This document shows, piece by piece, positions 12,001 to 16,896 of a stretch of DNA of 64,000 bases (the first letter of the stretch is position 1; every line of letters begins with the position of its first letter). Location: assembly GCA_022703155.1 (NCBI GenBank), contig JAKLEH010000001.1:16482-80481 (forward strand). Reading direction: 5' to 3'. A model generated the notes under the pieces. The model had not been told where the DNA came from. It did not search any database and worked only from the letters and a program-made list of their open reading frames with translations. Source of the stretch: Patescibacteria group bacterium. Lineage in GTDB: Bacteria > Patescibacteriota > Patescibacteriia > 2-12-FULL-60-25. The position numbers were made by a program, and so were the translations under genes.

Positions 12001-12827
12001 CCGGCTGAAAGGTCGTTGGCCGGACCGCCCTCGTAGAATTGCGGGCGTTGGATGGCCAACGCGTCGCCCGACTCCACCATGTCCGCAATGGCCTCGAAGT
12101 TGTCGGCGAGATTTGACAGCGTACACTGGCCGCGCGGGTTAAGCATGGCCAAACGTCCCATGCCCAAACTCATTTTGATGGTAAGGAGGCGCGATGGGTT
12201 GGGCCTACGACACAAGCTCAAACCTTCCAAGGGCGTACCCGCGGTCTGCTGTTGGACGAACTTATCCAAATTGTACAAAAATTCGGAACCGGCTTGGTTG
12301 GCCGTATTCTCCAACCATTTGCCGAACGGTTGGTTCCAAAACATGGGCTCTTGGCTGTCGCCGCCCGTCAAAATCAATTGCGCGGTTTCATACGCAACCT
12401 TCTGGGCGATCATGCCCAAAAAATCCAAAACGCCGCCGCCCACGGCAACCAAAATTTTGTTATACCATTTCTCGTTTATTTGCTTCTGCCGATAATACGA
12501 ATACGTGCGCGCCTGTTCATTGTAAATGTTCCATTGCAAGACGTACTTTTCCCTGCAGGCCACGGCTTCGTGCCTAAAAGTTTCACAAATGCCTGAACCG
12601 ATCGGAGGATAAGCCGATCTAGAAAGACAAGCCGCATAAGCGGTTGCGGCGTCAATACAGGTCTGGGCCATGGCATCGAATGGCAGAGTAGCCGGCTGGG
12701 TCAGCACTTGCGGCTCCGGGGGCGCCGCTTTGACGGCCGTTACGCTGACCAAAGAAGCTCCGACGGAACACAACATCCCTACGCAGAGTGCGGCTTTGGA
12801 CAAAAGGCATTTCCAATCTTTCACCAT
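1..12827 (-). CDS. Giant secreted cysteine-rich surface protein, at least 4275 codons in the window; the 5' end is complete and the 3' end lies beyond the left window edge
   Basis: In the minus frame with codon first base = 2 mod 3, ATG is at 12827 and the nearest upstream in-frame stop (TAA) is at 12893..12891. The track lists no minus ORF in this frame anywhere in 1-12827, so there is no stop before the edge. Hand translation is protein-like at every point checked: MVKDWKCLLSKAALCVGMLCSVGASLVSVTAVKA|APPEP (signal peptide), GECTGGFGYCLAERPVYRF (~10.9 kb), DGINPDASPGQMVGTCYKERF (~7.05 kb), TIDPDQDNNACTHSPGYMSRNDVCKDGRDHC (~0.27 kb), NLSNGEYISWYRPRPPMVA at base 3. Confidence 0.85.
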   Translation of the reverse strand, partial: MVKDWKCLLSKAALCVGMLCSVGASLVSVTAVKAAPPEPQVLTQPATLPFDAMAQTCIDAATAYAACLSRSAYPPIGSGICETFRHEAVACREKYVLQWNIYNEQARTYSYYRQKQINEKWYNKILVAVGGGVLDFLGMIAQKVAYETAQLILTGGDSQEPMFWNQPFGKWLENTANQAGSEFLYNLDKFVQQQTAGTPLEGLSLCRRPNPSRLLTIKMSLGMGRLAMLNPRGQCTLSNLADNFEAIADMVESGDALAIQRPQFYEGGPANDLSAGLQINSSYLNYRTGRVSGAELARKESAGMKPIADKITGALQYPSVLANNSMMQLDPVMMAQKQQDKQESYMMQTFWQAGVEALGWISLKVFLNTMALGILHKIFDPKKPSGVGVAPSPGQAEVQFEVMKNADAAGDAQNLFERQDFAKSLGDFVIPNFGVTEEQDLVSALSECSEPRTRWNCAMDEGLVTALSLNEEGAMTVGKASGIGSESAKISPAAKGLHPEWELIPENDIKNNTDPSCYTRAYCAGNLKKMRLARILPVGWEMAANSPYNVKKDGKYVTLGDVIRGFYNCNDQGQLDKDHPWCHLIDPNWILTAPKFQCRSRGYGDAISSELGTRMEECGDMVSCLSTNQKGECTGGFGYCLAERPVYRFTARECESQYASCRTWTKSNGDQLSALRYTAERGNCADENVGCQWFATQRYVTSTKSPDGLWVGTVTSGPRVYWDKNIQTCSSEGCTKMLKFNPGQTALNLVQNGSFELIDTEEANGVTNNVGLTGWTSQVNCGLQYNYDKHVTSTSVDGLQSFVASQTGCPGNPPEIYGQRIEVGGGRNYTLTLDAKSKSDINVPVKLQFFKKDPANPAGVLLTHADHTITSYEGCLNGWDKNDDSLKFTIKITPEFSPFICQFVTPPDAEFVMLDLGGATNNPVVYDTVQLEEGEYSTQFVDGTAQDLESTYLKIAPDEYKCTGNDATDNPACKRFARVCRQLDVGCQGYKDVEDSSAPEIPATLSEKDLCPAICAGYGKYEKMASSFDLVRNADPRLDDPEDQSTEYFIPDLAQSCYMEDVGCEAFTSMESATGTGEQVSYFNDLRYCQKPNDKSTTYYTWEGSDITGYQLVTWALIREDVGNGPKVVLTGGKLGIIKDPATCDEALWKSGADQDCRQFYDERGTAYYRYYSQTVTSDVSCTRFRKDDSSQADCAKTGGTEFVPQTKSCMYDAMPGLSASCKAEAGGCRAYMGPTGRNAANVMNEAFTASSSIGWFSPVTAGTMKFSLSKESVIVGDKSMKLEPTPATGPINAYMALALPSTSTLYRVSFWAKAASNTTATVVVDGQTLGQFSLSPLWKRYEFGPFYAKGAATQGTQQVQKSCGNFTVTPDAGYVAKVKAANATLSDADAAALAATQATSLWNNGFITNNLAAVPATCTDNTVCQNRPVYDSDGTTVVGTANGKCGFTGAVASVQWTAPANSKAIYLDTLRVDQLNDIQFVRKGLWSVPVACDSTYPEGEPQARAMVGCRAYNDRDSNTVYVRNFGNLCNTDAIGCKAFVDTHDRPSAYPQTITVKGTKGPSTRQDGIARAYEEQYLGDWNVVSQAYRYYYAIDDDRGRCDSGQAMCRAFGQPAFAQDRLGLATTTNAVNPKDADVYANQKTVNQFKTVLMKDDWGAYMDDNGNPKLACRKDELFCDRFQSGNVTEYFRDPGNHMCEWQTGKDLKRNDAMGIPSDGTYNGWFRKGTDIPCYPGFQKNGDTYGAYYTGEDQYAGWVGACPADQSECTELVDPNDLSDPAMPTGRSYFMIYSNQIDTQTCGGSVDPLSGCVLFNNKNVSTLEASSKATYSKVVAQKGAAQSPINCDTDKENPYCMGSGKCVNFVKKYRPQKPGESDIIYKTLVIGHFDVLWEKQLADSGLEGSSCASDDNCAMIVMDGINPDASPGQMVGTCYKERFSNDANLIVKVKLERECARWMGCRTGETVFDSAQQKYVTQCSQMQLCQKNGSKNEDIYCAQFTDRDKENFLFPGQFVNAKSYSRRSVGFGAMDYSGLIAPDAYLVADVEAHNVGADLLKNAYNGVYKQDKRLVARVPVKSPLVTQENDPTFDAVKLCKDWRTNRWGYLTGDWKFCYLPISEAASLAASAGGAGGGDTSRDIQRLYKEFQNQNVSRRNSTMQSAMPEPECQLYPEQDSPVPNEFVTEWNTKVEPPVPTAMAPGYENAKACVYGEDCSCSYRKARYDASEPRYYSAFGKAPSVGVCVGGEIEGSPCVPGGYIPVDSKNKVLVQAQGTTDPTAGCKGGICMALQDVVVQNGRYGYCLERDKTRISEISQTIAPCLSWSPLNVLGGKYDTTHYSPTAGYLPPQGSGEFYCVTGANSQRLFTPTPATENNSGQNYLGKFFVSPGYLRHFEFDRTFVGFSQRAPSDILNSSAYSSEGDKIVGAKTQSMMFACRRTSICEGVSAKLFDSGGPLDANLYSQTEARWIQTGSTFGQSYMEYFIPYIRQDEKGNPGLGYKLDEDSYDFKFGLFKFSIKPYAAGSACKWNVAWLGMSLPTVQDKKKTVKDANGNDQETDKQDLGSTCQAYLSSINSLSEGFYTGFKNSFPGVLDRSSENLLTDSQNKPIRLGCVDNPEEKPQVGSGQNCYFKYWQTGFQYNSQEAFVWADRYKQANPDSQTNFNFWKQVKGRNSLAKQCQSDKPYFAIRAMFQNMNRAENNLSEEDAVTRQLKGPWQFVGFWFTTCLPQNGLATDPGLLYMQLDIVTADVCRQVGQVVSPYTRESAAFADRVWSNGNFALPILGMDYGVRNQPFGSAIAAGSIGHDPMVLGASVPLSTQKGGTGFVDSGQGIQPLLMTQQNTWAPLTNLFAKVYKIYRWESSLVNKLDWVCVGGDNQGKNCTPPDGKQYTNHYQAIKTCTGYAKCDPNLDVDVKNQNWRCNTLSGVNRGLRCGEMEQPRNLDAICHNGPVAYPFDTEDQQTDPKLKTHIPLPLYGRCSPEMQLDYYLTPSDLSGLGVCKTTYANSHACYLTLFSANNSAANIGLTGSCVSESNQGSDYQDLCSPLIEQIRTDLSTGGHNPGPNASQHLSDCVYTTEDDWQDNGPRIYFKYTACKNNPNTLFIQPKRDGLNFDLDSNGYIRQDQTVLALVYMALKWGSVQAGGQDGSGGICNTASEGGKDFSFTDFIRNFEPMSDKASWINAYLVSDFPELANKNVKISSQVIKGVRRYWGQYGGFKGNGTPYSLANNNECIILPEGNVKIPNAVKSPIKGTFNFGPFNRGLVEQSAIFRCQDTQGKPVVNPGARCGGESDESVDCPIKIEACTGGITPGDKYDNPAFNRQVAKPNMQTGQSVWYSVPSCGFCTIGGTGRETYQELDPYRFQEGFKDTGYCFGFNPLSRCKTDSDCRFTEYEYWGAFDKGKGVGTRFGSAEPNFIVSNLDLFNGAKPAFSEVKLKDRNLPTPLFDDGNGGAMTEVPEEYSKASVLSVAGHDAGFVDVNYRGGDDVTKGGDTSAYDKVWHFNEAQKFGVLKQCDASDCGDGTEFECKECGFGEPKHDDDNNGILQTLDSPKDYPPVYPSTVGEYLCPIKPYYRICRTLAQHGYNADYLVKDDDGDNEDPNDDNDMAYAIKKAHLIALMYCLQTCNSVAYQFPNTYAYNFDKIVGENRIKNKENLTNNSNDSTKGKKMMRMAAVAPFAINPLMRTLQSLGARIWFWNKSGDGDVGYADSYIQWAKGKLLQWSGAVSYKVGVQWSMGETLDLTGEMFTRMPFSHAFAISGYDGWTVYQQANKYLYLLQDLSKGYVNMEGMLYGTPFYYNGQVKGNEAFPWAPTLYSQAIFPLALGGDYPPLGQLSSGGYQYLKGQYWPWGFVQYSNYWKGYGVPEALYAATDEFLKAIQAKNYATFEDFKAFYKAYRFGMRDEFFDKTGWGVFLDPKDERLKLYPGAMQVASPNQDTNRSQNVGTRPYEVFVPGHCEPPVGGTDSDTVTGKLANVRMYDEKWAFSSSPTVKDEQVYRFMSPWVPLDELWDKWNTAHDEYYGEKGLISPDNYEWIPAYIASDGTGGSMELPGPSDPNMKVSRSPCRCVGGSLDGQIVEGEGQCNPRMQPSDNPDNFDEGDTRPDWQYCKPATYPGDDYKNAMSYYVGKNVVDKSNKALTVKGKDAQGNKIDMPMSYGVTQIYINELDKLKPGVDAIPECYQAYGNAETIDPDQDNNACTHSPGYMSRNDVCKDGRDHCLVSYDLTNPVSVNNISVLSEQSPQPAWAPTATDVSGGLDAFGYISSGNTNLSNGEYISWYRPRPPMVA

Positions 12828-12829
12828 AT

Positions 12830-13615
12830 TTAAAATTGGTTGGCGCCGGCTTGTCCGGCTGTAGTACTGGCGGCTGTCCCGGTCCCGCCCTTATTCTTAA
12901 GCGCTTCGGCCGTATTTTTTTGCTGCTCCTCCGTTTCATTTATGGCCTGGTCCACCAGTTGCATCAATTGCTCATCTGTCAGTTTGTCCAAATCTTCTTG
13001 GGTGACTTTGCCTGAATCGATCAAAGCTTTACGCAGCACGGCCGGATCCTTAGGCACCTGGGAACGTAAATCCATATTCGCGCCCGCTTGCTCGGCGCCC
13101 GCCTTGAGCTGTTCGTTGTTGGTCAGATAAGCGTTCAAGTCCTGGGCTGTATTTTGTTGGTTGATCAAGTCCGTGTACGGCAAAGAGGTGGTCGCAAAAT
13201 CGAACCGCATGGGATTGGGCGTACATTTTTCTCCGTGTTTGCACCACGGGTTTTCACCCAAAGCGATTTTGACGTTATCCGGAACTTCGTCGCCGGCCGT
13301 ACTCCACAAGTATGGCGACGTTTTGTAGGTGTTGAGCTCTACCCAATCGGAAATCCCATCACCGTCCGTATCCGTACGTTTTTCGTATTCCTCTTGCACT
13401 TTAGTCGGGTCCTGAAGCAATTCCTTGTTCTTTATCAAATCCGCGACCTTGCCCTTGAAGGGCGCGTTGATGCCGTCCATGACGCTGGCGCCGGTCATGA
13501 ACAACAAAAATACTGCACCTACTACAAAAGCAATAAATGCGATTTTTTGGTTGCGTTTCAATTGTGTCCAAGCCCACCCTTCTGTCCCATTTGAAATGGG
13601 TTTGTCCTCCTGCAT
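12830..13615 (-). CDS. Membrane-anchored protein with a thrombospondin type-3-like Ca-binding repeat
   Basis: Track ORF of 261 aa. It has an N-terminal TM helix (IAFIAFVVGAVFLLFMTGASV), a DTDGDGISDWVE motif and a Q/E-rich tail. Its stop (12832..12830) is 2 nt from the ATG of the giant ORF, so the two are probably co-transcribed. Confidence 0.75.
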   Translation of the reverse strand: MQEDKPISNGTEGWAWTQLKRNQKIAFIAFVVGAVFLLFMTGASVMDGINAPFKGKVADLIKNKELLQDPTKVQEEYEKRTDTDGDGISDWVELNTYKTSPYLWSTAGDEVPDNVKIALGENPWCKHGEKCTPNPMRFDFATTSLPYTDLINQQNTAQDLNAYLTNNEQLKAGAEQAGANMDLRSQVPKDPAVLRKALIDSGKVTQEDLDKLTDEQLMQLVDQAINETEEQQKNTAEALKNKGGTGTAASTTAGQAGANQF

Positions 13616-13643
13616 AAATCGCTAAAATATCATATCACACAAG

Positions 13644-13667
13644 CAAAAAATCGGCCCTCGGCCGATT
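13644..13667 (-). terminator. Rho-independent terminator downstream of hsp20
   Basis: The minus strand reads AATCGGCC-GAG-GGCCGATT followed by a T6 run, about 40 nt after the hsp20 stop. Confidence 0.55.
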
Positions 13668-13683
13668 GTGGATATATAACCGC

Positions 13684-13712
13684 GTAGAGACGCCATCCGA
13701 TGGCGTCTCTAC
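13684..13712. repeat. Perfect 13-bp-arm palindrome GTAGAGACGCCAT-ccg-ATGGCGTCTCTAC overlapping the hsp20 stop
   Basis: Read directly from the sequence. It belongs to an ATGGCGTC/GACGCCAT palindrome family that also occurs at 14096, 14147 and 16804. Confidence 0.8.
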
Positions 13713-14095
13713 GCCCATTTGACCTTCACGCTCTTCCCGTCCTTGCGGATGGGTATTTTTACCTCCAAAACGCCATTCTGCAGCTGGGCTTGGGCAGCAT
13801 CCGTGGCCACGTGGTAAGGCAAGACCACGGACCGGCTGAACGAACCCCAATAACACTCGCGGTAATACCAATCCTTGTCTTGGTCTTCCTTGCTTTCCGA
13901 ACGCTGTCCCCGAATCGTCAGCAAATCCCCGTGGATGGCCACGTCCAAATCGTCGGGTTTGACCCCGGCAACCAACGAACGCACCACCAACATGTCGCCT
14001 TCGCGGAATACGTCCACGGACAATTGGCCTTCGTCCAAATTGGCCAACCAGTCGTTGTTCACGGGCATGTTCATACGCCACGCATTATAACACAA
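13709..14095 (-). CDS. hsp20: Hsp20/alpha-crystallin family small heat-shock protein
   Basis: Alpha-crystallin domain pattern: LSVDVFREGDMLVVRSLVAGVKPDDLDVAIHGDLLTIRGQR...GSFSRSVVLPYHV...LQNGVLEVKIP. The true start is probably ATG 14074 or 14068 (MNMPVNNDW), because a minus-strand TATAAT (14089..14084) lies inside the longest ORF. Confidence 0.9.
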   Translation of the reverse strand: MCYNAWRMNMPVNNDWLANLDEGQLSVDVFREGDMLVVRSLVAGVKPDDLDVAIHGDLLTIRGQRSESKEDQDKDWYYRECYWGSFSRSVVLPYHVATDAAQAQLQNGVLEVKIPIRKDGKSVKVKWA

Positions 14096-14118
14096 ACGCC
14101 ATCAATGGTTGATGGCGT
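14096..14118. promoter_or_regulatory. Candidate operator: perfect inverted repeat ACGCCATCAA-tgg-TTGATGGCGT just upstream of the hsp20 -10 box
   Basis: The 10-bp arms are read directly from the sequence. The repeat sits where a -35/spacer would lie relative to the minus-strand TATAAT at 14089..14084. Confidence 0.35.
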
Positions 14119-14146
14119 CGGATTTGCGGCTGTCGATCGTTGCGTT

Positions 14147-14172
14147 GAGACGCCATCAGATGTCGTCTCTAC
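14147..14172. repeat. Palindrome GAGACGCCATC-a-GATGTCGTCTC(TAC), related to the one at 13684
   Basis: Same core as the 13684..13712 palindrome with one arm mismatch. It lies between the VanW-like gene and hsp20. Confidence 0.7.
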
Positions 14173-14188
14173 CGGATATTAATATTTA

Positions 14189-16042
14189 TTAATCCCCCGA
14201 CGCGGCCGGGTCCGTGGCCGGGGTTGCGGCGTCGGTCGTGGCGGGCGCGTCCGTCTTCTTTTCCACGCCAACCAAACAAACCGCTTGCCACGGCCGATAA
14301 TGGCTGCGGAACGTCTCTTCGCGTTTGTTGCCGTCCGCGTAGGTCACGGCCGTGGAAAACTCGGCGTCCGCGCCCGCGTGTGCGGATTCGGTGCACTTCT
14401 TCTTGCCCGGTTCCAAATCCGTGCTCTCCACCAGCTTCATGGCCGGCGGCGACACGATGTTGTAAATCTTGGGCTTGGTGGTTTCCACCGTACGGCCGTC
14501 CTTGGTGCCCCACATCTCGAACGAAATTTCCGTGCCCACGATGTAGGCGTTCACGAAAATGTATTTGCCCGTGTCGTTCAGGAACTTCAAATCGGGCGCG
14601 GGGTCGTAAATGGTCGCGTCCGTGCCGGCCGGTTCGTAGTACGAGACGCGATACGAATGGTTGCGGCGCTCCACGATGGGCAAACCCGTGTCGATGGCCG
14701 CGCGGAACATGGTCGTTCCGACCTGGCACAGCCCTCCGCCGAATTCGGGCGTGGTCTTGTCGCCCTTGATCACCAACTCCGGCCACCAACCGTGCGCCCC
14801 GTCAACGGGCCCGAGGGACTTGAGCATGGAAAACGTTTCGCCGGGCGCGATAAGCGTGCCGTTGACCTTTTCCTCCACGGCTTTTTTGATGTTGCGGATG
14901 CGGTTGGTGGGCGAATTGCGGAAATTGGATTTGCCCACTCCGATCAATTCTTTGATGCCGAACTCGTCGAGTTCGCCGCCCGTAATCTGCCCGCGCTCCT
15001 CCTCCACCACCAAGGGAAAGGTAGACGAAGGCGGCCAGGAATCCAACAGCGGTTGCATGGTCTTGTCGATATTGACCTTGCGCCCCACGGTCCCGGCCTC
15101 AAATTTTTCAATTTTTCCGTCCTTGACTTCGATGGTGCCGCTCTTGCTCTCCACCTCAATGTCTTTGGCCAAAGCGTGCACGCTCGAGGCGAATGCCGCC
15201 TTGTCCAAAACCGCAGCCCCGTTCTCGGACGTGATCCAGGAGGCCAAAGTCGAAGTCGCGATGGGGTATGTTTTGTCGTCGTACGTAAAGACCAAGGACG
15301 GACGCGCCAAAATCGCCTTAACCTGATCGATCAGCGGCTGCAAATCCGCGGAGAGTTTGGCCGCTTTGGTCTTTTTTGTCTTGAGCGACAAGGGACTGAA
15401 GGAAGCCAAAGCCGCCTGTTGATGCAACTTATCGAACGTGCCGGCCAAATCCAATTCCACGCCGTCACGGTCCGGCACCACGCGCACCACGGGCTCGCCG
15501 CCTTTGGGCAAATCAATTTCATAAGTGGCGTCCGTGGGCGCGGGCAAATTGTCCGCGAATTGGCCCTTCAACGACTCGGCCAAACGCGCTTCGTCGATTT
15601 GCGCATCCACCGCGATTTTGATGGGACGGATACGCGCGCGCAAAAGCTCGTATGCGATTTTTTGGGTTTGGCGCTGTCTGCCTACGGAATACGCCGCGTC
15701 CGCGGCTTTGTCGATGTCGTACAAAATCAAATCCGGCGCATCGCTGTTAGAGGAAACCTGCAACGTCACGGTTTTGGAGTCCAACGAAAAAGTCAGCCCT
15801 TTGTCCAACGCATTGTCCGCGGCTTGGTTCAAAGCTTTTGTCGCCTCGTCTTTGGTCATGCCGTCCAACCGCACGCCCAAGGCGCTCACTCCGGGGTAAA
15901 TGCGGTTCTCGTACATTTTGACGTACGCATAACCGCCGCCGACCAGGCCGGCCGCGAACAACAACACCACGCCCAAGGTTATGCCCGCCCAAATCAACGC
16001 CGGTTTTTTGAGGCTGGTCTCTGACTTTTTTTCTTTTCCCAT
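14189..16042 (-). CDS. VanW/YoaR-like membrane-anchored protein
   Basis: 617 aa with an N-terminal TM helix (ALIWAGITLGVVLLFAAGLVGGG). C-terminal VanW-domain motifs are present: GTLIAPGETFS, GGGLCQVGTTMFRAA, RRNHSYRVSYY. Confidence 0.9.
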   Translation of the reverse strand: MGKEKKSETSLKKPALIWAGITLGVVLLFAAGLVGGGYAYVKMYENRIYPGVSALGVRLDGMTKDEATKALNQAADNALDKGLTFSLDSKTVTLQVSSNSDAPDLILYDIDKAADAAYSVGRQRQTQKIAYELLRARIRPIKIAVDAQIDEARLAESLKGQFADNLPAPTDATYEIDLPKGGEPVVRVVPDRDGVELDLAGTFDKLHQQAALASFSPLSLKTKKTKAAKLSADLQPLIDQVKAILARPSLVFTYDDKTYPIATSTLASWITSENGAAVLDKAAFASSVHALAKDIEVESKSGTIEVKDGKIEKFEAGTVGRKVNIDKTMQPLLDSWPPSSTFPLVVEEERGQITGGELDEFGIKELIGVGKSNFRNSPTNRIRNIKKAVEEKVNGTLIAPGETFSMLKSLGPVDGAHGWWPELVIKGDKTTPEFGGGLCQVGTTMFRAAIDTGLPIVERRNHSYRVSYYEPAGTDATIYDPAPDLKFLNDTGKYIFVNAYIVGTEISFEMWGTKDGRTVETTKPKIYNIVSPPAMKLVESTDLEPGKKKCTESAHAGADAEFSTAVTYADGNKREETFRSHYRPWQAVCLVGVEKKTDAPATTDAATPATDPAASGD

Positions 16043-16127
16043 AAATGTTTAAAAAACCAAATTCCAAACAACAAACAGCAAACAGTAAAACTGAATTACC
16101 AATGACCAATCACCAATAACCAAAGGA
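16043..16127 (-). repeat. Heptanucleotide tandem array in the 5' region of the VanW-like gene (sense strand: TTTGGTT ATTGGTG ATTGGTC ATTGGTA ATTCAGT ... TTTGCTG TTTGTTG TTTGGAA TTTGGTT)
   Basis: The 7-nt periodicity is read directly from the sequence. It is homologous to the arrays at 25807-25894, 41441-41549 and 44978-45012. Confidence 0.75.
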
Positions 16128-16165
16128 CCAGTGCTCAGTTCCCGGTGGCAGCTACCGTCTACCGT

Positions 16166-16390
16166 CTACAAGCTACCGTCTCCCCCTCCCATCACCTCGT
16201 TCAAAATCTCCTTGGCGAACTTTTGGCGTCCCGCGTCTTCGCTGCCCGGCGCCACCAAAATTACGTGAACGGTCGAGCCCACGGTCGGCGTACCTTCAAA
16301 ATCCTCGACCGGAGCGTTAAACGTTTGGCCGTTGGACAACGCGACGGCCACCGCGCCGTTCGTAATTTGCGAAACCGTTCCTTTAAGCAT
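16166..16390 (-). CDS. Small hypothetical protein (74 aa)
   Basis: Track ORF with balanced composition (MLKGTVSQITNGAVAVALSNGQTFNAPVEDFEG...). There is no clear SD. Its 3' end and stop lie inside a CTACCGT heptad array (16152-16186). Confidence 0.5.
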   Translation of the reverse strand: MLKGTVSQITNGAVAVALSNGQTFNAPVEDFEGTPTVGSTVHVILVAPGSEDAGRQKFAKEILNEVMGGGDGSL

Positions 16391-16523
16391 ATTTGACGGT
16401 ATTCAACCACGAAACCACGCACCGGGTCAAAGGTCGGACGTCATTATCAGGAAGTCGGAAGGAATTAGCATCTCTTGGACTTATGACTTTCCGACTTACG
16501 ACTTTTCCATAACAAACAAAGAC

Positions 16524-16631
16524 CTTAAACAATCCGCATCCAAGAAATCTATTTATAGGGGAAAGCGAGTCGAAACCAGCTTTAACCTACGAAGAGATCC
16601 CATGCTTGTCGTGGATGCAGATTGTTTAAAG
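16524..16631 (-). ncRNA. Candidate structured RNA closed by a ~19-bp helix; unclassified
   Basis: CTTAAACAATCCGCATCCA (16524-16542) is complementary to TGGATGCAGATTGTTTAAAG (16612-16631). The single substitution gives a G-U pair only in a minus-strand transcript. It lies in a 506-nt gene-free spacer. Confidence 0.3.
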
Positions 16632-16896
16632 CCTCTGTAATTTGGCTTTGATGGAATGTAAAAATGCGTTTTTCGGTATCAGGATTGTGTTTTATACCAC
16701 ATTCCGTAAAACTTGTCAACCCTCTAACCGGTCCGTACTTTGCTTTTTTGGCTTAAATCGGCTCTACATAATCGACAACGCGATTAGTGGCCGTAGATGA
16801 CAAATGGCGTCTCTCCATTTCGGGGACGCCTCTCAAGGTACGTTTTGATTATTACACGGCCCTAAACCTTCGTCAAGAGTCGTATTTTAGCTTGTT

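Noticed and set aside
14285-16024. 579-aa plus-strand ORF
   Set aside because: It is antisense to the VanW-like gene, is R/G/H-rich and has no motifs. The minus-strand product has clear VanW-domain signatures.
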